64,000 nt of DNA. It comes from the human T2T-CHM13v2.0 reference genome, Homo sapiens. The stretch's first letter is position 1. Each line of letters starts with the position of its first letter. Below are positions 17,916 through 36,738 of this stretch, piece after piece. Position numbers and translations under genes: made by a program. Below the pieces are notes generated by a model. The model was not told where the DNA came from and searched no databases. It was given only the letters and a program-made list of their open reading frames with translations. Location: assembly GCF_009914755.1 (NCBI RefSeq), contig NC_060935.1; one strand, given 5' to 3'.

Positions 17916-18674
17916 TGTATTACTTCATTTGTGTTGCTATACAAGAATACCTAAGGCTGGGTAATTTATAAAGAACAGAGGTTTATTTGGTTCATGGTTC
18001 TCAGGCTGTACATGAAGCATAGTGCTGGCATCTGCTTCTCGTGAGGCCTCAGGAAGCTTCCACTCATGAAAGAAGGCAAAGAGGGAGCTGGTATGTTACA
18101 TGGCAAGAGAGAGAGCAAGAGAGAGAGATAGAGAGAGGAGGTGCCAATCTCCTTTAAACAACCAGCTCTCATGTGAATGAACAGAGCGTGAACGGAGCAA
18201 GAACTTCCTCATTACCATGAGGATGGCAAGGGGGATCTGCCCCCATGACCCAAACACCTCCCACCAGGTCCCACCTCCAACAGTGGGGAGTTCTCTCTCT
18301 CTCTCTCTGTCTCTGTCTCTCTCTCTCTCTCTTTCTTTCTTTCAACAGAGTCTCACTCTGTTGCCCAGGCTGAGTGCAGTGGCGTGATCTGGGCTCACTG
18401 CAACCTCAGCTTCCTGGGTTCAAGTGATTCTCCTGCCTCAGTCTCCCTAGTAGCTGGGATTACAGGCACCCGTAGTTCGCCTAGCTGATTTTTGTATTTT
18501 TAGTAGAAACAGAGTTTTACCATGTTGGTCAGGCTGGTCTCAAACTCCTGACCTTGTGATCCGCCCGCCTCGGCCTCCCAAAGTGCTGGGATTACAAACG
18601 TGAGCCACCGTGCCCGGCCCTGGGGAGCATATTCAACATGAGGTTTGGAGAGGGCAAACATCCAAACTACATCA
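17916..18674 (-). mobile_element. MST (MaLR) solo LTR interrupted by an Alu
   Basis: Termini tgtattacttcatttgtgttgctata and acatccaaactacatca match recalled MSTA/B. Confidence 0.8.
18291..18619 (-). mobile_element. AluS-type element with a (CT)n tail, inside the MST LTR
   Basis: Reverse dimer; tggggag on both flanks. Confidence 0.9.
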
Positions 18675-18905
18675 ATTCCCTATCTATCTCTGCCCTCTTA
18701 ACCGTAATTCCCCTCCACAAAGTCGATTGCTACAGGCAGTTTCTTGTGTATTTTTTCAGATAGTCTGTATATACATAAGACTCAATGTTTGTGAATGTGT
18801 ATGTGTATATTGATACATGCATTAAAATACTCACAGGTGGTAGTATATGGACCCATTAGTCTCCACTTTGTTTCTGTTTGTGTATTTTGTCTTGTTTTAT
18901 TTTCA

Positions 18906-19558
<653 letters not shown>

Positions 19559-19836
19559 CTGTATTTCATTCAAACATAATCTGTTTTAGAGTCTCCAATT
19601 CATAGATATTTAAGTCATCTCTGTTTTTGCTATTTCTTATTCAATGATGGAAATCTTTGTACATAAATTGTTGTACATAAATCTTTGTACATAAATCTTT
19701 GCATATGTGTCAAAAATATGTATAGAGTATGATCCTAGGAAGGAAATTGTTGAAGCCTTTGATTTCTTATCCAACTCTAACCCTTCCTATTTCCCTCTCT
19801 TCATTTTTCCAATACAGTTATATAAATTGCTTACTT

Positions 19837-20160
<324 letters not shown>

Positions 20161-20411
20161 TTACATTTTTGTCACTATTAAATATTATTCACCACTGAAC
20201 CAAATAGGATCTTGTCATCATATCTTCTTTCTTGTATAACCTTCTGCTTTTTCTGACATTAGTAATTGCTAATCCCCTTCATCACTGGCCAAATTGCTTA
20301 GTTTTCTACATACAATTACTATTTTTTTCTGTTCAAAGGATACTGGAGATTTGGCAAACTTTTGGTAATCCTTTTCCTCCAAATTCCCAAACACATTAAA
20401 TAATTATTAAA

Positions 20412-20700
20412 GGTTGGGCATGGTGGCTTATGCCTGTAATCCCAGCACATTGGGAGGCCAAGGCAAGAGGACTGCATGAAGCCAGGAGTTCTAGAGCAGC
20501 GTGGGCAACATAAGGAGACCCCTCTACAAAAAATAAAAGCAAAAATAAGTTGGGTGTGGTGGTATGTGCCTCTAGTCCTAGTTACCTGGGAGGCTGAGGT
20601 GGGGGGATCACTTGAGCCCATGAGTTCCAGCCCATAGCAGTGGGCTATGATTGTGCCACTGCACCTCAGCATGGGTTGACAGAGACCTTGTCTCTAAAAA
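20412..20700 (+). mobile_element. AluJ-type element
   Basis: Diverged Alu dimer. Confidence 0.9.
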
Positions 20701-21611
20701 TATATTATTATTATAATAATAATTAACAGTTATGTTTTTCTCCCTAGATAGCTCCCTTTTGTTCTTTCACAGCCTTCTGCCTTTGGGATGGCTGCTTGCT
20801 AGGTGTAATAGATGTTTTATTAGCAAGATATTTTCTCTCAGAATTTTGAGGGCATTGCCCTGTTGTCTTCTGGCATTTTGTATTGCTATTGAAAAGGCTG
20901 ATGCCAGTCAGATTGCTGATCCATAAGGCAATATGTGACCTGGTTTTTCATTCTGGAAGTTTTTAGTATCTTTTCTTTATTTCCAGTATTCTAAAATTTT
21001 AAAATTAATTGCCTTAGAGAGTGTGGCAGAGACGGGTATTAGACCATCAAAAAAATGTCCTTCTTCCTTGGTGCAGAGTGGTTTAGAGGAAGCCTGTGCC
21101 TGGCACTGCTCAGCATTTCCCAGCCCCATTGCATTCAGGAAGAACCTTGTGACTGGTTCTTTCTAACAGAAGGAGTGTGAGCTGAACTGATGTGTGTCAG
21201 CTGAGGTGGTGGTGGTGGGGTCAAGGGCAGGGACTGGAGTGGAGGGCATGACAAGAAGGGATGCAGCTAGTTCAGGAAGACCAGTGTCAGAGGAGTCAGG
21301 GCCCAGGGATCCAAGGTCCATGTTAATGCTTCCACTCTATCCCCAGTGCCAGCCCTGCACCCCACTCCTGCCCCTGCTTGGTGCTCAATGACCCTGTGTC
21401 TGGCTTCTCTGGGGAGAACTGACTCTGTCTTATTCACTTCCCTTTCTCCAGGCTCTCAGGTAATTTTCTCTACTCTGATAAGTAAGTTGCTTCTCATTCT
21501 TTCCTTTTCCATCTTCCAAACACTTATTGAAATCCTTTTCTGTTATTCTCTTTATCTTTATGAATTTTATCGTTTTACTTCCCTTAACCGTCATTGTGAT
21601 GGCTTGGGGAG

Positions 21612-22047
21612 TGTATTAGGTTCCAAGGGCTGCTGTGACACATTACCACAAAATTAGGGGCTTAACACAACAGAAATTTATTCTTTCACAGTTCTGGGGT
21701 CCAGAAATCTAAACTCAGTTTCATTAGGCCTAAATCAAGGTGTTGGCAGGGCCTCTTTCGGCTTCTGGTGGCTGCTGGCATTCCTTGGCTTGTGACTCCA
21801 TCACTCCAGTTTCTGCATGATCACAATTTCCTCCTCCTCTTCTGTTGGTACCAAATCTCCTTCAGCCTCTCTCCTATAAGGACACTTGTGATTGTATTTA
21901 GGGCCCACCCAGATAATTCAGGATAACCATCCAAAGATCCTTGACTTAATTACATCTGCCACGTACTTGCCACATAAAGTAACATTCACAGATTCTGGAG
22001 ATTAGGATGTAGACACATCTTTGGGAGCCATTATTTAGCCTACGACA
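21612..22047 (-). mobile_element. MLT1 (MaLR) solo LTR
   Basis: TG...CA termini with 5-bp TSD gggag at 21607-21611 and 22048-22052; aacaacagaaatttatt-like core. Confidence 0.85.
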
Positions 22048-22210
22048 GGGAGAGAAGATGAAAGCATATGGTCAGTCTACAATATTTAATGGGGGTTCTT
22101 TCCGTGTTTTCCTCTAGTGCCTTGCAATTTCCTTTTAGCATTTCAATCTTTGATCTAATTGGAATCTATTTCAGAATGGAGCTTCCTTGTTATCCCAAAT
22201 GCCAATTTTT

Positions 22211-22529
22211 AATTTTATTATTTTATTTTATTTTTTTGAGATGGAATCTTGCTCTGTCACCCAGGCTGGGGTACGGTGGCACAATCTCAGCTCACTGCAA
22301 CATCCACTTCCCGGGTTCAAGTGATTCTCCTGCCTTAGCCTCCTGAGTAGCGGAGATTACAGATGCCCACATCCAAGGTGGCTAATTTTTTTTTCTTTTT
22401 TGTATTTTCAGTAGAGATGGGGTTTTGCCATGTTGGCCAGGCTGGTCTTGAATTCCTGACCTCAAGTGATCCGCCCATCTCGGCCTCCCAAAGTGCTGGG
22501 AGTACAGACATGAGCCACCATGCCCGGTT
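22211..22529 (-). mobile_element. AluS-type element
   Basis: Reverse dimer; TSD tgccaatttt. Confidence 0.95.
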
Positions 22530-23820
22530 GCCAATTTTAAAATATTTTGTCTTTTCTCCCTGGATATGAAATAAAAGTGATTAGGTCTTAAGATAAAAAA
22601 ATTAAAACACATTTATTTTCCTGTAACATGCAAAAATGCAAAAAAAAAAAAAAAAAAGAAAGTAAAATAAAATAGATATAATTTTGGAGAAATTGCCTTT
22701 GCTCACTGTGGATTCTGGAGGGTGTGAGTGATGGACAGGTCCATCTGTGCATGGAGAATGGAAAGCCCCTTCTCCAGGATCACCCTTTACCTTAGGAGAA
22801 CACCTCAGCTCCAGGCACCAAGCAGGAGTATCATAGGCACTTAGCTTTACTCCTATAGACAAATAAGAGTGGGGAGACTATGTGGTAAGGAATGATACCC
22901 TTACACTCTTTCCAGCCCTTCCCAGTCTTACAAGGAGTGACACACTTGGTGGCCTTCAAGCCTGTCACTGCAATTCATGCAGTGGGTGGTAAGAGGACAA
23001 AGCACGCTAGGTCCCTGATCCGACCTCCCAGGGATGACAGGTCTGGCTACTCCTCAAACTGAACCTGAAAGAATGCAAATGGTTCAAGTTTTCACCCTGA
23101 TTCTGGCACACCCCGAGGCAAAAATAGCCATTTGCCTTCATACGAGCTTCTGTGTAGGCTGTGAATAAGGAGGTTTCTATCTCAGCTTTCTTTTTGCTCA
23201 TTTAAAGACAACTGAGAGTACGACAGGGTAATTGTTTTGTTTTAAAGCACTGTAATTTAGTTCCTTTCTGGACCTTCTATGTATGAGTCATTTTCTGTAG
23301 CAGTACTAAGAGATGCAAATAGAAAAACATTATTTCTGAAAGCTTGAGATTTCAAGCTGGGCCTTTTATTCACATTCTCTTGCTAGTTTTAGTTTTACTT
23401 GTGACATTCACGTTATTAGAAGAATGACACAATTTCAATCACATTTTTGTCCCATGTACTAATGTAGCAAACAATTTCACAACCTTCCCTTTCTTTTACA
23501 TGTGAGTCATTATCATTTGGTTTTGTTCTCCTTTACTCCTGAACTCACTATCTCCTGATCACATGTATACACATTTCTCTGATATCCTAGATCTTTATGG
23601 GTGATCAAGATTTTTGTATATTCTGTTTTGTTGCTTTCATACCCGCTAGTATCCTTTTTAAGTTTGACTCTTTTATACTTTGGGAGATGCCAAACAAATA
23701 CTTCAGGAGAAAGGAGGCAGTGTGTTGAAAGGAAGTTGACAAAGCAAGAAGAAAAGAAGAAGAAGATATAAGGAGGAAACGTAGTGGCTCTTAAACAAAG
23801 ATCTTGCATCTTTTCCTTCT

Positions 23821-23824
<4 letters not shown>

Positions 23825-23851
<27 letters not shown>

Positions 23852-24113
23852 TTTTGAGACAGAGTGTCACTCTGTCATCCAGGCTGGAGTACGGTGGTGC
23901 AACCTTGGCTCACTGCAACCTCCACCTGCTGGGTTCAAGCGATTCTCCTGCTTCAGCCTCCTGAGTAGCTGGGACTACAGGCGCAGGTTACCACGCCTGG
24001 CTAATTTTTGTATTTTTAGTGGAGGTGGGTTTCACCATGTGGGCCAGGCTGGTCTCGAACTCCTGACCTCAAATGATCCACCCACCTCGGCCTCCCAAAG
24101 TGCTGGGATTACA
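23825..24113 (-). mobile_element. AluS-type element missing its first ~25 nt
   Basis: Ends at gggattaca and joins an opposite-strand Alu piece. Confidence 0.9.
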
Positions 24114-24117
24114 AAAC

Positions 24118-24235
24118 AGAATTGCTTGAACCCAGGAGGGAGAGGTTGCAGTGAGCTGAGATGGCGCCACTGCACTCTAGCCTGGGCAACAGAGCGAGAC
24201 TCCATCTCAAAAACAAACAAACAAACAAACCAAAC
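24118..24235 (+). mobile_element. Alu 3' fragment with tail
   Basis: agaattgcttgaacccagg through ctccatctcaaaa. Confidence 0.9.
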
Positions 24236-24649
24236 CCAACTTTGAACCCAGAATCAGAAAGCAGATTTAATTTGGAACTCTATAGAATGTCTGCACATGA
24301 ACAGATGCCATAGCCGTAACAAAAATTAGGGCCACAGCCACTTTTCTTGCATCTCCTCCTTCCTCCTTTTTTCTTTGGCTTTCTTGTATAAACCTTAGCA
24401 TAAGGCATGGTTGCTTGGTTTACAAAATATTTGTTTATGAAAGTTGCAAAGGTGAGAAGAGGGATTTCAGAATCAGAAAGACTGGGTTTCAAATTTTGGC
24501 TTTGCTCTGTGACCTTTGGCAAATTATATAACTTCATTAAGCTTCAGCTTTTCCCTAGTAAATATTTGACTGATGAGAGGTAAATGAGAAAATGTGTATA
24601 AAAATCTTAGTATAGTGCTTAGCATTTCAAGCAACCCAGAATATCAACT

Positions 24650-24990
24650 AATTTGTTAAATGAATATTTCTTGAATATTTACTGTATGCTGAACTGTCTG
24701 CCAGGTTGAGGCTGCTGTGGTGAATTGGACAGGAAAGATTCCTGGCCTTGTGGAGCTTGCATTCTGGTGGGAAAAACAGACAATAAACATGTAAACAAAT
24801 CAATAAAATAACCAGATGGTGAGAAGCCCTGAAAGAAATAAAAAAAAAAGTGTGTTATTAAGAACAGCAGGGAGGATCTGTGTCCTATGCTGGGGAAGTC
24901 AGGGAAGATTTCACAGCAGCCTGAAGAATGAGAAAGAGCCAGCTGTACTATGAGCTGTTTAAGACAGAGGAAATTGGGTCACTGGCTTAG
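24650..24990 (-). mobile_element. L2 fragment
   Basis: atatttcttgaatatttactgtatgc and ggagcttgcattctggtggg L2 3'-end motifs. Confidence 0.6.
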
Positions 24991-25321
24991 AGAGAGATTG
25001 GGTTCTACTCACTGTCAGAGGCCAGCAGTGCAAGGTTCCTCCTTATCTTCTTATGGCCTGTGTCCTTCTATAGCCCTGGCCACTGAGAATTGGCTCAGAC
25101 TGTGACTGTGACTTGCTGTCCTCAACTTCCTTATCCAACTGAAATTGGATGGTCCATCATAGTCACCCTCTTGAATAGATCCCAAACTCCCTTGTCCTTT
25201 TAATTGTACTTTAAACTCACTTGGCCAAACTCCAACCCTGGTTAAATCCAGCTCTCTGCCCTACTCCATGTCTTTGCCCATTGAGTATGGTGGAAGAATA
25301 GCCCACAATCTCATTGGCTGG

Positions 25322-25670
25322 TTCTATGGTCTGAATGTTGGTATGCTTTCCAAAATCATAGGCTGAAACTTAATCCTCAATGTCATAGCATGGAGGTGGA
25401 GACTTTGGGGGAAGTGATTAAGTCATGAAGACTGCCTTCATAAATGGGATAATGTAAAGGAGATTAAAAGGAGGCTGTTTGCTCCCTTCTACCATGTGAG
25501 AATGCAGCAAGAGGTACCATCTCTGTGCAATGAGCCCTTACCAGACATTGAACCTGCTGGCACTTTATCTTGGACTTCCCAGCCTCCAGAACTGTGAGCA
25601 ATACATTTCTGTTGTTTATAAATTACCCAGTGTAAGATACTTTGTTATAGCAGCACAAATGGACTAAGAC
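25322..25670 (+). mobile_element. MaLR solo LTR (MLT1A/MST-type)
   Basis: ctatggtctgaatgt start and tttgttatagcagcacaaatggactaagac end. Confidence 0.8.
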
Positions 25671-26858
25671 TAAGGACCTCAGTTCCACTTTAAATTCGCC
25701 GAGGTCGTTATGCTACCAAGCAATCTTATGAGATTCCCCTGTTCCCTCTCTCTTCTACCCTCCCTACTCCAGGTTCATGAAGAGAGGGGTTGGAGTATCA
25801 TGATCTCTACTCCCCCTCCACCAGGTAGATAAGAGAGGGGCAGCTCTGTGAACCCAAGCTTGCCTAGCCCCAGCTCCCCTTCCTGCCACTCTCTCTACTC
25901 AGATCCTGGTCATTCCATTCTTCAAAGCTCAGCTATTCTCTCTCTTGAAAAGTGCCCTTTTTCCATCAAACACATAAAACCTGTTCAAAGAACAAAGGCA
26001 GCAGGTGATTCTTGGCATCCAACAGGAGCTTACAACAAAGGGTGGGAGTATGTAAGACAGGATCCTTTTTTTATCAGTTGCCCCACTAACCTTGGGCAAA
26101 TCACAAATTTCCATCTCTGAGATGTGCTCTGATGATGATGTGTGGGAGAGCATTTTAAAAAGTAGTAGAGTGCTAAGCACATCCACAAACTATAATCCAA
26201 TTCAATAAATTATATCACATCTTGATAATCAAATGTTGCAGAAATTTTAATTACTCCATGTATTATTGTAATAATTACTCTATGTATTATTAATTACTCC
26301 ATGTATAATTAATAAGTCATGGGTATTTAGGGAATTACAAGCCTTTTAAATGTATTTTTTCCTCTTTCCCTCAAATACATACACACCATAAAATCACAGC
26401 CTTATGGCTTTAATTTTAATATACTTGTTAACCTTTTATTTCTAATCCAATGAGTATCACAAATCCACCTCCAACCCACCTTAATTCCTAAAGTTTTGTA
26501 TGTTTGCAAAAACAAACTCTTGGCATTCGGATTAAAATCAAATCTGTTGTTCTTTCCATGGCACATTGCTTTGTCCTGCTGGTTACTTTATTAGTTCATT
26601 TCAGGGTCCTTCCGCTGGGAGTTCTCACTCAGACTGGCTGGGGAGAACTCTGGCAGGCTGCCTAATGGACTCTTAGGGTGTGGAATCCACAGTGAATTCC
26701 CCGTTCAAATCTTCCTCTGAGAAATTTTGATACTTGCCAGACTGTTTCCTTTCTACTAGGGCTCCATCTACTGGACAAAAATGACCAGTAGTGCCTGCGC
26801 TTCTCCATTATGGCTTTGAAATTTTCAAATTAGGTGGAAATCTAATACACCTTCTCTT

Positions 26859-27263
26859 TGTTAAAAGAAACACTTTAGACAAATTAAATTTAACAGTGTT
26901 TGAGCAGAGAATGATACAATAGTTGGGCTGCCCCCAGAACCAGAATAGGTTCAGAGCAAACCCGGGGCTACTACGTGGTTGAATAACATTTATGGAGAAA
27001 GGAAAGTGACGGACTAAAGACAGAAGTGAGGTACAGAAACAGCTGGATTGGTGACAGCTGGGTGTTTGCCTTATACAAACAGTTGGCCACCTGTGATTGG
27101 CTGAAACTCAGCTGCTGTGATTGGCTGAGCCTCAGCTGCTTGTCACAAGAGCAGGTCATAGTCTGCACATTCAGTTAGGTTACAGTTCACTATGTATGGA
27201 GAAACCTTTAGGCTGAACTTAAAATATGTAAGGAAGTAGCTTTAGGCTAAACTTAATTTAACA
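26859..27263 (-). mobile_element. MER57-type (ERV1) solo LTR
   Basis: Reverse complement begins TGTTAAATTAAGTTTAGCCTAAAGCT; three ATTGG (CCAAT) boxes. Confidence 0.75.
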
Positions 27264-27293
27264 TTTAAATTTAATTTTACACATTAAAATTAT

Positions 27294-27641
27294 TGTCCTA
27301 GGTTGTTCATGCTGTTGCAACAAAATACCGTAAACTGGGTAGCTAATACACAACAGAAACTTATTTCTCACAGTTTTGAAGTCTGAGAAGTCCAAGATCA
27401 AGGTGCCAGCAGATCTGGTGTCTGGTGAGAGCCAGCTTTCTCATAGAGCATGACTTCTTGCTGTGTCCTCACTTGGTGGAAGGGGCAGAGGCCCTTTTAA
27501 AAGGGCACTTAGTTGATTCATAGGACTCTGCCCTCATGCCCTAGGCCTCCAAAGGCCTGCTTTCTAAATACCATCCTCACCTTGGGGGTTAGAATTTCAA
27601 CATACGAATTAGCGGGGGACACAAACATTCAGACCACAGCA
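27294..27641 (-). mobile_element. MLT1A-type (MaLR) solo LTR
   Basis: TG...CA termini with TSD attat at 27289-27293 and 27642-27646; aagtccaagatcaaggtgccagcagat core. Confidence 0.85.
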
Positions 27642-27730
27642 ATTATACTTAATTCTGCCTTTTCAAGGTCTCTGCTCTATTCCTGGACACAAAGAGTTTA
27701 AATGTTTTTTGGTCCTACCTCCTGGATACA

Positions 27731-28020
27731 TTTTCTTTTCTTTTTTTGAGACAAGTTCTCACTCTGTTGGCCAGGCTGGTGTGCAATGGTGTGATCTCGA
27801 CTTACTGTGACCTCTGCCTCCCAGGCTCAAGTGATCCTCCCACTTCAGCCTCCCAGTAGCTGCAACTACTGCCACCATGCCTGGATAATTTTTATATTTT
27901 TTTTTCTAGAGATAGGGCTTAGCAATGTTGCCCAGGCTGGTCTTAAACTCTTGGCCGCAAGCAATCTGCCCACTTGGACCAAAGTGCTGGGATAACAGGT
28001 GTGAGCCACCACGCCTGGCC
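27731..28020 (-). mobile_element. AluJ-type element
   Basis: TSD cctgga(t/c)acatttt. Confidence 0.9.
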
Positions 28021-28218
28021 CTGGACACATTTTGCTTTTTGGAGGAAAGTTCTAGTGTCCTTTAATAGTAATTAATTATTTGGACTAAAGACTTTTGGAA
28101 GCTACAGACTTTCATTCATGTTACAGGTCCTAAATTGCTGTTTTCAGTGTGCAAAGGTTGCCTTTCTGAAGAACCTTCCATTAATAATTTTTACTTCTGT
28201 TAGGATCACATGGACTGA

Positions 28219-28520
<302 letters not shown>

Positions 28521-28532
28521 GGTTCTAAGTGA

Positions 28533-28982
<450 letters not shown>

Positions 28983-28985
28983 TGA

Positions 28986-29560
28986 TGAAAGAAATAATGT
29001 ATACAGTGGTCCATTTCCAAGACAAAGTGCCTTGAATCGGCTTCAGTCAGCAAACTACAGAAGAAACAGGATATACCAGGCCCCTGCTTGGATACCCTGT
29101 CCCCTCCCACCACCTTAGTTGCCCTCACCTGAACCAAAGAAGTTTAAGATGAAAGTTTACCAGCCTGCAAAATAGCTCACTTTGTCTGTTCTTATCAGCC
29201 TGCCCAGCTATTTAGGTCATAAGTCAAATTCTTGAAGAGTCCTTAAGTTAAGTAGGATTGCAATGTATTGTGGCCTACAACAAAATGCAGCAGGACAACC
29301 CTGAAGAAGACACCCAAAGCCCCTACCCAACCACCATTCGGTGACGTCTGGGAAGATTGTGACCCCATAGTACTCAGCCTATGAGGAACTGGGGGAGGGA
29401 CCTGTGCATGAGGGCATAAATTGCTTGTTGAAACCGTGCTGGGTGTGCCTGCCTATCAAACACTCAGTCTTGCTAGACTGTCTTTAGAAGTCTCACTTTC
29501 CCTGTTCTCCAGGTCTTTGAGTCCATTCTTTGATTTGAATGGGTGAGTTTGTTTCTCACA
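28986..29560 (+). mobile_element. ERV1-class solo LTR (LTR4/HERV1-LTR-like; family uncertain)
   Basis: TG...CA termini with 5-bp TSD tttga at 28981-28985 and 29561-29565; CRE-like tgacgtc at 29342; TATA-like cataaa at ~29415. Confidence 0.7.
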
Positions 29561-29574
29561 TTTGAGGATGAGTT

Positions 29575-31010
29575 TCTTCAGTTCATTATTTTTTTCAGTG
29601 AATATTTATTGAATGCCTCCTATGAGCAAAACACTGGTTTAGGCATCAGGAGTGTATTAAAGTTGCTGCCCTCCTGAAGAGTATATTCTGGAAGGTAGGA
29701 GGAAGTGTTGAAATGAGGACAGACAATAAATAAGTAAACACATAGAATGCGAGATGGTCGATTGGTGCAAGACTCTATAGTATAGAGAATAGTAAAGCAG
29801 GGAAAAGGAGATGGAGAGTAGGGGGTGGGCAAAAAAATTATATGGTTTGCAAAAGCTTCACTAATAAAGTGACATTTGAAAGACACCCAAAGAAAATGAG
29901 AGAATGGGGCATGTGGCTGTCTGGGGGAAAAACACTGTAGGCAAAGGGAGGAGTAAATGAAAAAGCCCTGAGGTAAAGGCGTGTGTGGCTGGAAAGGAAT
30001 TGAAGGATAGGAAATAAGATCAGATAGGCAGGAAGCAGCAGATCATGTGGGGCCTTGTAAGCCACTGTAAAGATTTTACCTCTGCACTGAATAAGATACG
30101 AAGCCATTTGAGTACTTTGAGCAGAGGAGTGACATTTATAGTAAGATTGTTCTGGCTATTATATTGAGAATGGACAACAAGAAGAGCAAATGCAGAGGCA
30201 CAGAGAGAAAACCTATGGCTACTGGAACAATCCAGGCAAGAAAGTATGGGGGCTTGGACCAGAGTGGTAGAAGATGGAAGATAAGAAGCGATCTGACTTT
30301 AATAGATCCTCAGGATTAAACTGACAGAATTTGCTTATGGATTGATTGGATGTGAGATGAGAGATGAAGAGAGGCTGTAAGCATGACTGCAAGGTTTTTG
30401 GCTTAAGAAAACTACAGGGTAGAGTTATGATTAGTTGAGATGGAGAAGACAATGAGAGGAGAGAGTTTTTTTTTTTTCAAGGGAAGTAATGCAGAAATCA
30501 ATATATCCATTTTGCATGTGTTAATCTGAGAGTCCTGTTAGACATCCAAGTAAAGATGTTGAGTAGGTAGTTGGAAAATCAGATTTGGAATTCAGGATAG
30601 AGGCCTGAGCTGGAGGTATAAACACATGCTTCAGCAACAGATGATATTTAGATATATTTTAAAGCCAGGAACCTACATTAGATTTCCAAACAGAAACAGG
30701 GGAAAATAAAAGTTTGAGGATTGATCCCTGAGGCACTGCAACAGTTAGAATTGGGAACATGAGGATAAACCAGCAAAAGAGACTGAGAAAAGACCCCAAG
30801 ATAGGGGCAGAACCAAGAATGCTGTCCTCCAAGACAACGGAAGGAAGCATTTGCCACATGACAAATGATGCGGGTGGGATCAAGTAAGACAAGGACAGAA
30901 AATAGACCATGACATTTAGCTATGTGGAAATCATTGATGACATAGATTAGAGCAATTTCAGTGAAGTGATGAAGTGAAAGTTTAAATTTGATGGTTTAAG
31001 GAAAGGATGG
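29575..31010 (-). mobile_element. L2 element, about 1.4 kb
   Basis: aatatttattgaatgcctcctatg 3' end followed by purine-rich antisense L2 body. Confidence 0.75.
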
Positions 31011-31184
31011 GAGGATAGAAATGGAAGATAGTGTATACATTGGTCGTCTCTTAAAAATAATAATCCAAACTGGAAACAACTCAACTATCCCATCAACAGG
31101 TGAATACATAACCAAATTGTGTATAAAGAGTATAAAGAGATAATGAGAGGAGTGACAGAGAAGATAGACTATCTGTAACTCTTG

Positions 31185-31434
31185 TTTGTTTTTTTGTTTC
31201 GAGACAGGCTCTTGCTCTGTCACCCATGCTGGAGTGCAGTGGTGTGATCTTGACTCACTGCAACCTCCACTTCCTGGGCTGAAGGGATCCTCCCACTTCA
31301 GCCTCCAGAGTAGCTGGGTCTACAGTCATGAGCCACTTTGTATTTTTTTGTAGAAATGGGGTTTCACCATATTGCCCAGGCTGGTGTTGAACTCCTGAGC
31401 TGTGATCTGCCCACTTCAGCCTCCCAACCCAGCC
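31185..31434 (-). mobile_element. AluJ-type element with internal deletions
   Basis: TSD tatctgtaactcttg at 31170-31184 and 31438-31452. Confidence 0.9.
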
Positions 31435-31519
31435 AAGTATCTGTAACTCTTGAGGAATTTTTCTGTAAAGAGGGACAGAAAAATGAAACAGTAGCTGGAG
31501 AACAAGGTGACATCAAGAA

Positions 31520-32660
31520 AATCAACTTCATTGAGGCATAATTTACGTACAGTAAAATGTTCATATTTTAATTGCACCTTTCTATGAGTTTTGACAAAAG
31601 TACGCATACACCTTTAGTAGCCACTGCCACAGTCAATATATAGAATATTTCCATCATGTCTGTACTCTTGCACCCTTACCCACAGGCAATCACTGATCAG
31701 CTTTAGTTTTCTGCTAGTTCTAGGATTAATATGATTGAATCATACAGTATGTAATCTTTTTATTTTAATTAATTTTAAGTTTTTATTTTTAGTAGAGATG
31801 ATGTCTTGCCACATTGCCCAGGCTGGTCTCAAACTCCAGGCCTAAAGGGATCTTCTGACTTTGGCCTCCCAAAGTGCTGAGATTATAGGTATGAACCATC
31901 ACGCTCGGCCTATATGCAATCTTTTCTGTCTGGTTTCTTTTGCTTAGCATAATGTTTTTGAAATTTGTTCCTGTTGTTTTTATTAGCAGCTTATTCCTTT
32001 CTCTTGCTGACTTGTATTCTATTTTACAGACGTGCATAATTTGGTTATATATTCACCTGTTGATGAGACAGTTGGGTTGTTTCTAGTTTGGACTATTACT
32101 AGTAAAGCCATGACAACAATCGTGTGCAAATCTTTTTAAGGATAGCATTTCATTTCTCTTGACTGTGTCATTCTGGGTCACGTAATATATATTAACTGTA
32201 TATTTAACTTTATAGGAGACTGCTGGAATACCTTCTCAAGTGAGTGTACCATTTCACATTCTTAACAGTTGCCTCACATCATTTCCAACACTTCATATTG
32301 TCAGTCTTTTACATTTTAGCCATTCAAATGAATGTATAGTAGTATATATTTTTGTGGTTTGAATTCCTTGATGAGTTAGTTATAATGGTGAGTATCTTTT
32401 CAAGTGCTTACTCGCAAATCCTATTAATTCTTTTGCGAGGTATTTGTTCAGAAGGTTTTTGCCCATTTTAAGTTGGGTTGTTTTTCTTGTTATCAAATTG
32501 TAAGAGTTCTTTATATTCTGGATACAAGTCCTTTGTTAGATATATGTGTGGTGAATATTTTCTCCCAGTCTATGGCTTGTCTTTTTTTATTTTCTTATCA
32601 ATGTCTTTCAAAGAGCAGCAGTTTTAATTAGAAAAAAGTCCAACTTATCAATTTTTTTCT
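31520..32660 (-). mobile_element. Old L1M (MB/MC-type) 3' portion with a FLAM at ~31770-31910; resumes at ~39440-39770
   Basis: aacttcattgaggcataatttacgtacagtaaaatg 3' end and antisense ORF2 C-terminal motifs. Confidence 0.7.
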
Positions 32661-32849
32661 TTTTTTTTACTTTTTATTTATTTACTTTTTATTATACTTT
32701 AAGTTCTGTCACATATGGATTCATGTGCCATGTTGGTGTGCGGCACCCATTAACTGGTCATTTACATTAGGTATATCTCCTAATGCTATCCCTCCCCCCT
32801 CCCCAAACCCCACAACAGGCCCTGGTGAGTGATGTCCCCCTTCCTGTGT

Positions 32850-36675
<3,826 letters not shown>

Positions 36676-36738
36676 TATGATGTTAGCTGGTTATTTTGCT
36701 CGTTAGTTGATGCAGTTTCTTCCTAGCCTTGATGGTCT

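Noticed and set aside
23209-23228. Possible 20-nt micro-exon (tttaaag|ACAAC...CAGG|gtaatt)
   Set aside because: Weak splice sites and a length not divisible by three; expected by chance.
26248-26310. Short AT-rich tandem triplications here and at ~19650-19700 and ~59526-59553
   Set aside because: Ordinary slippage duplications with no sign of function.
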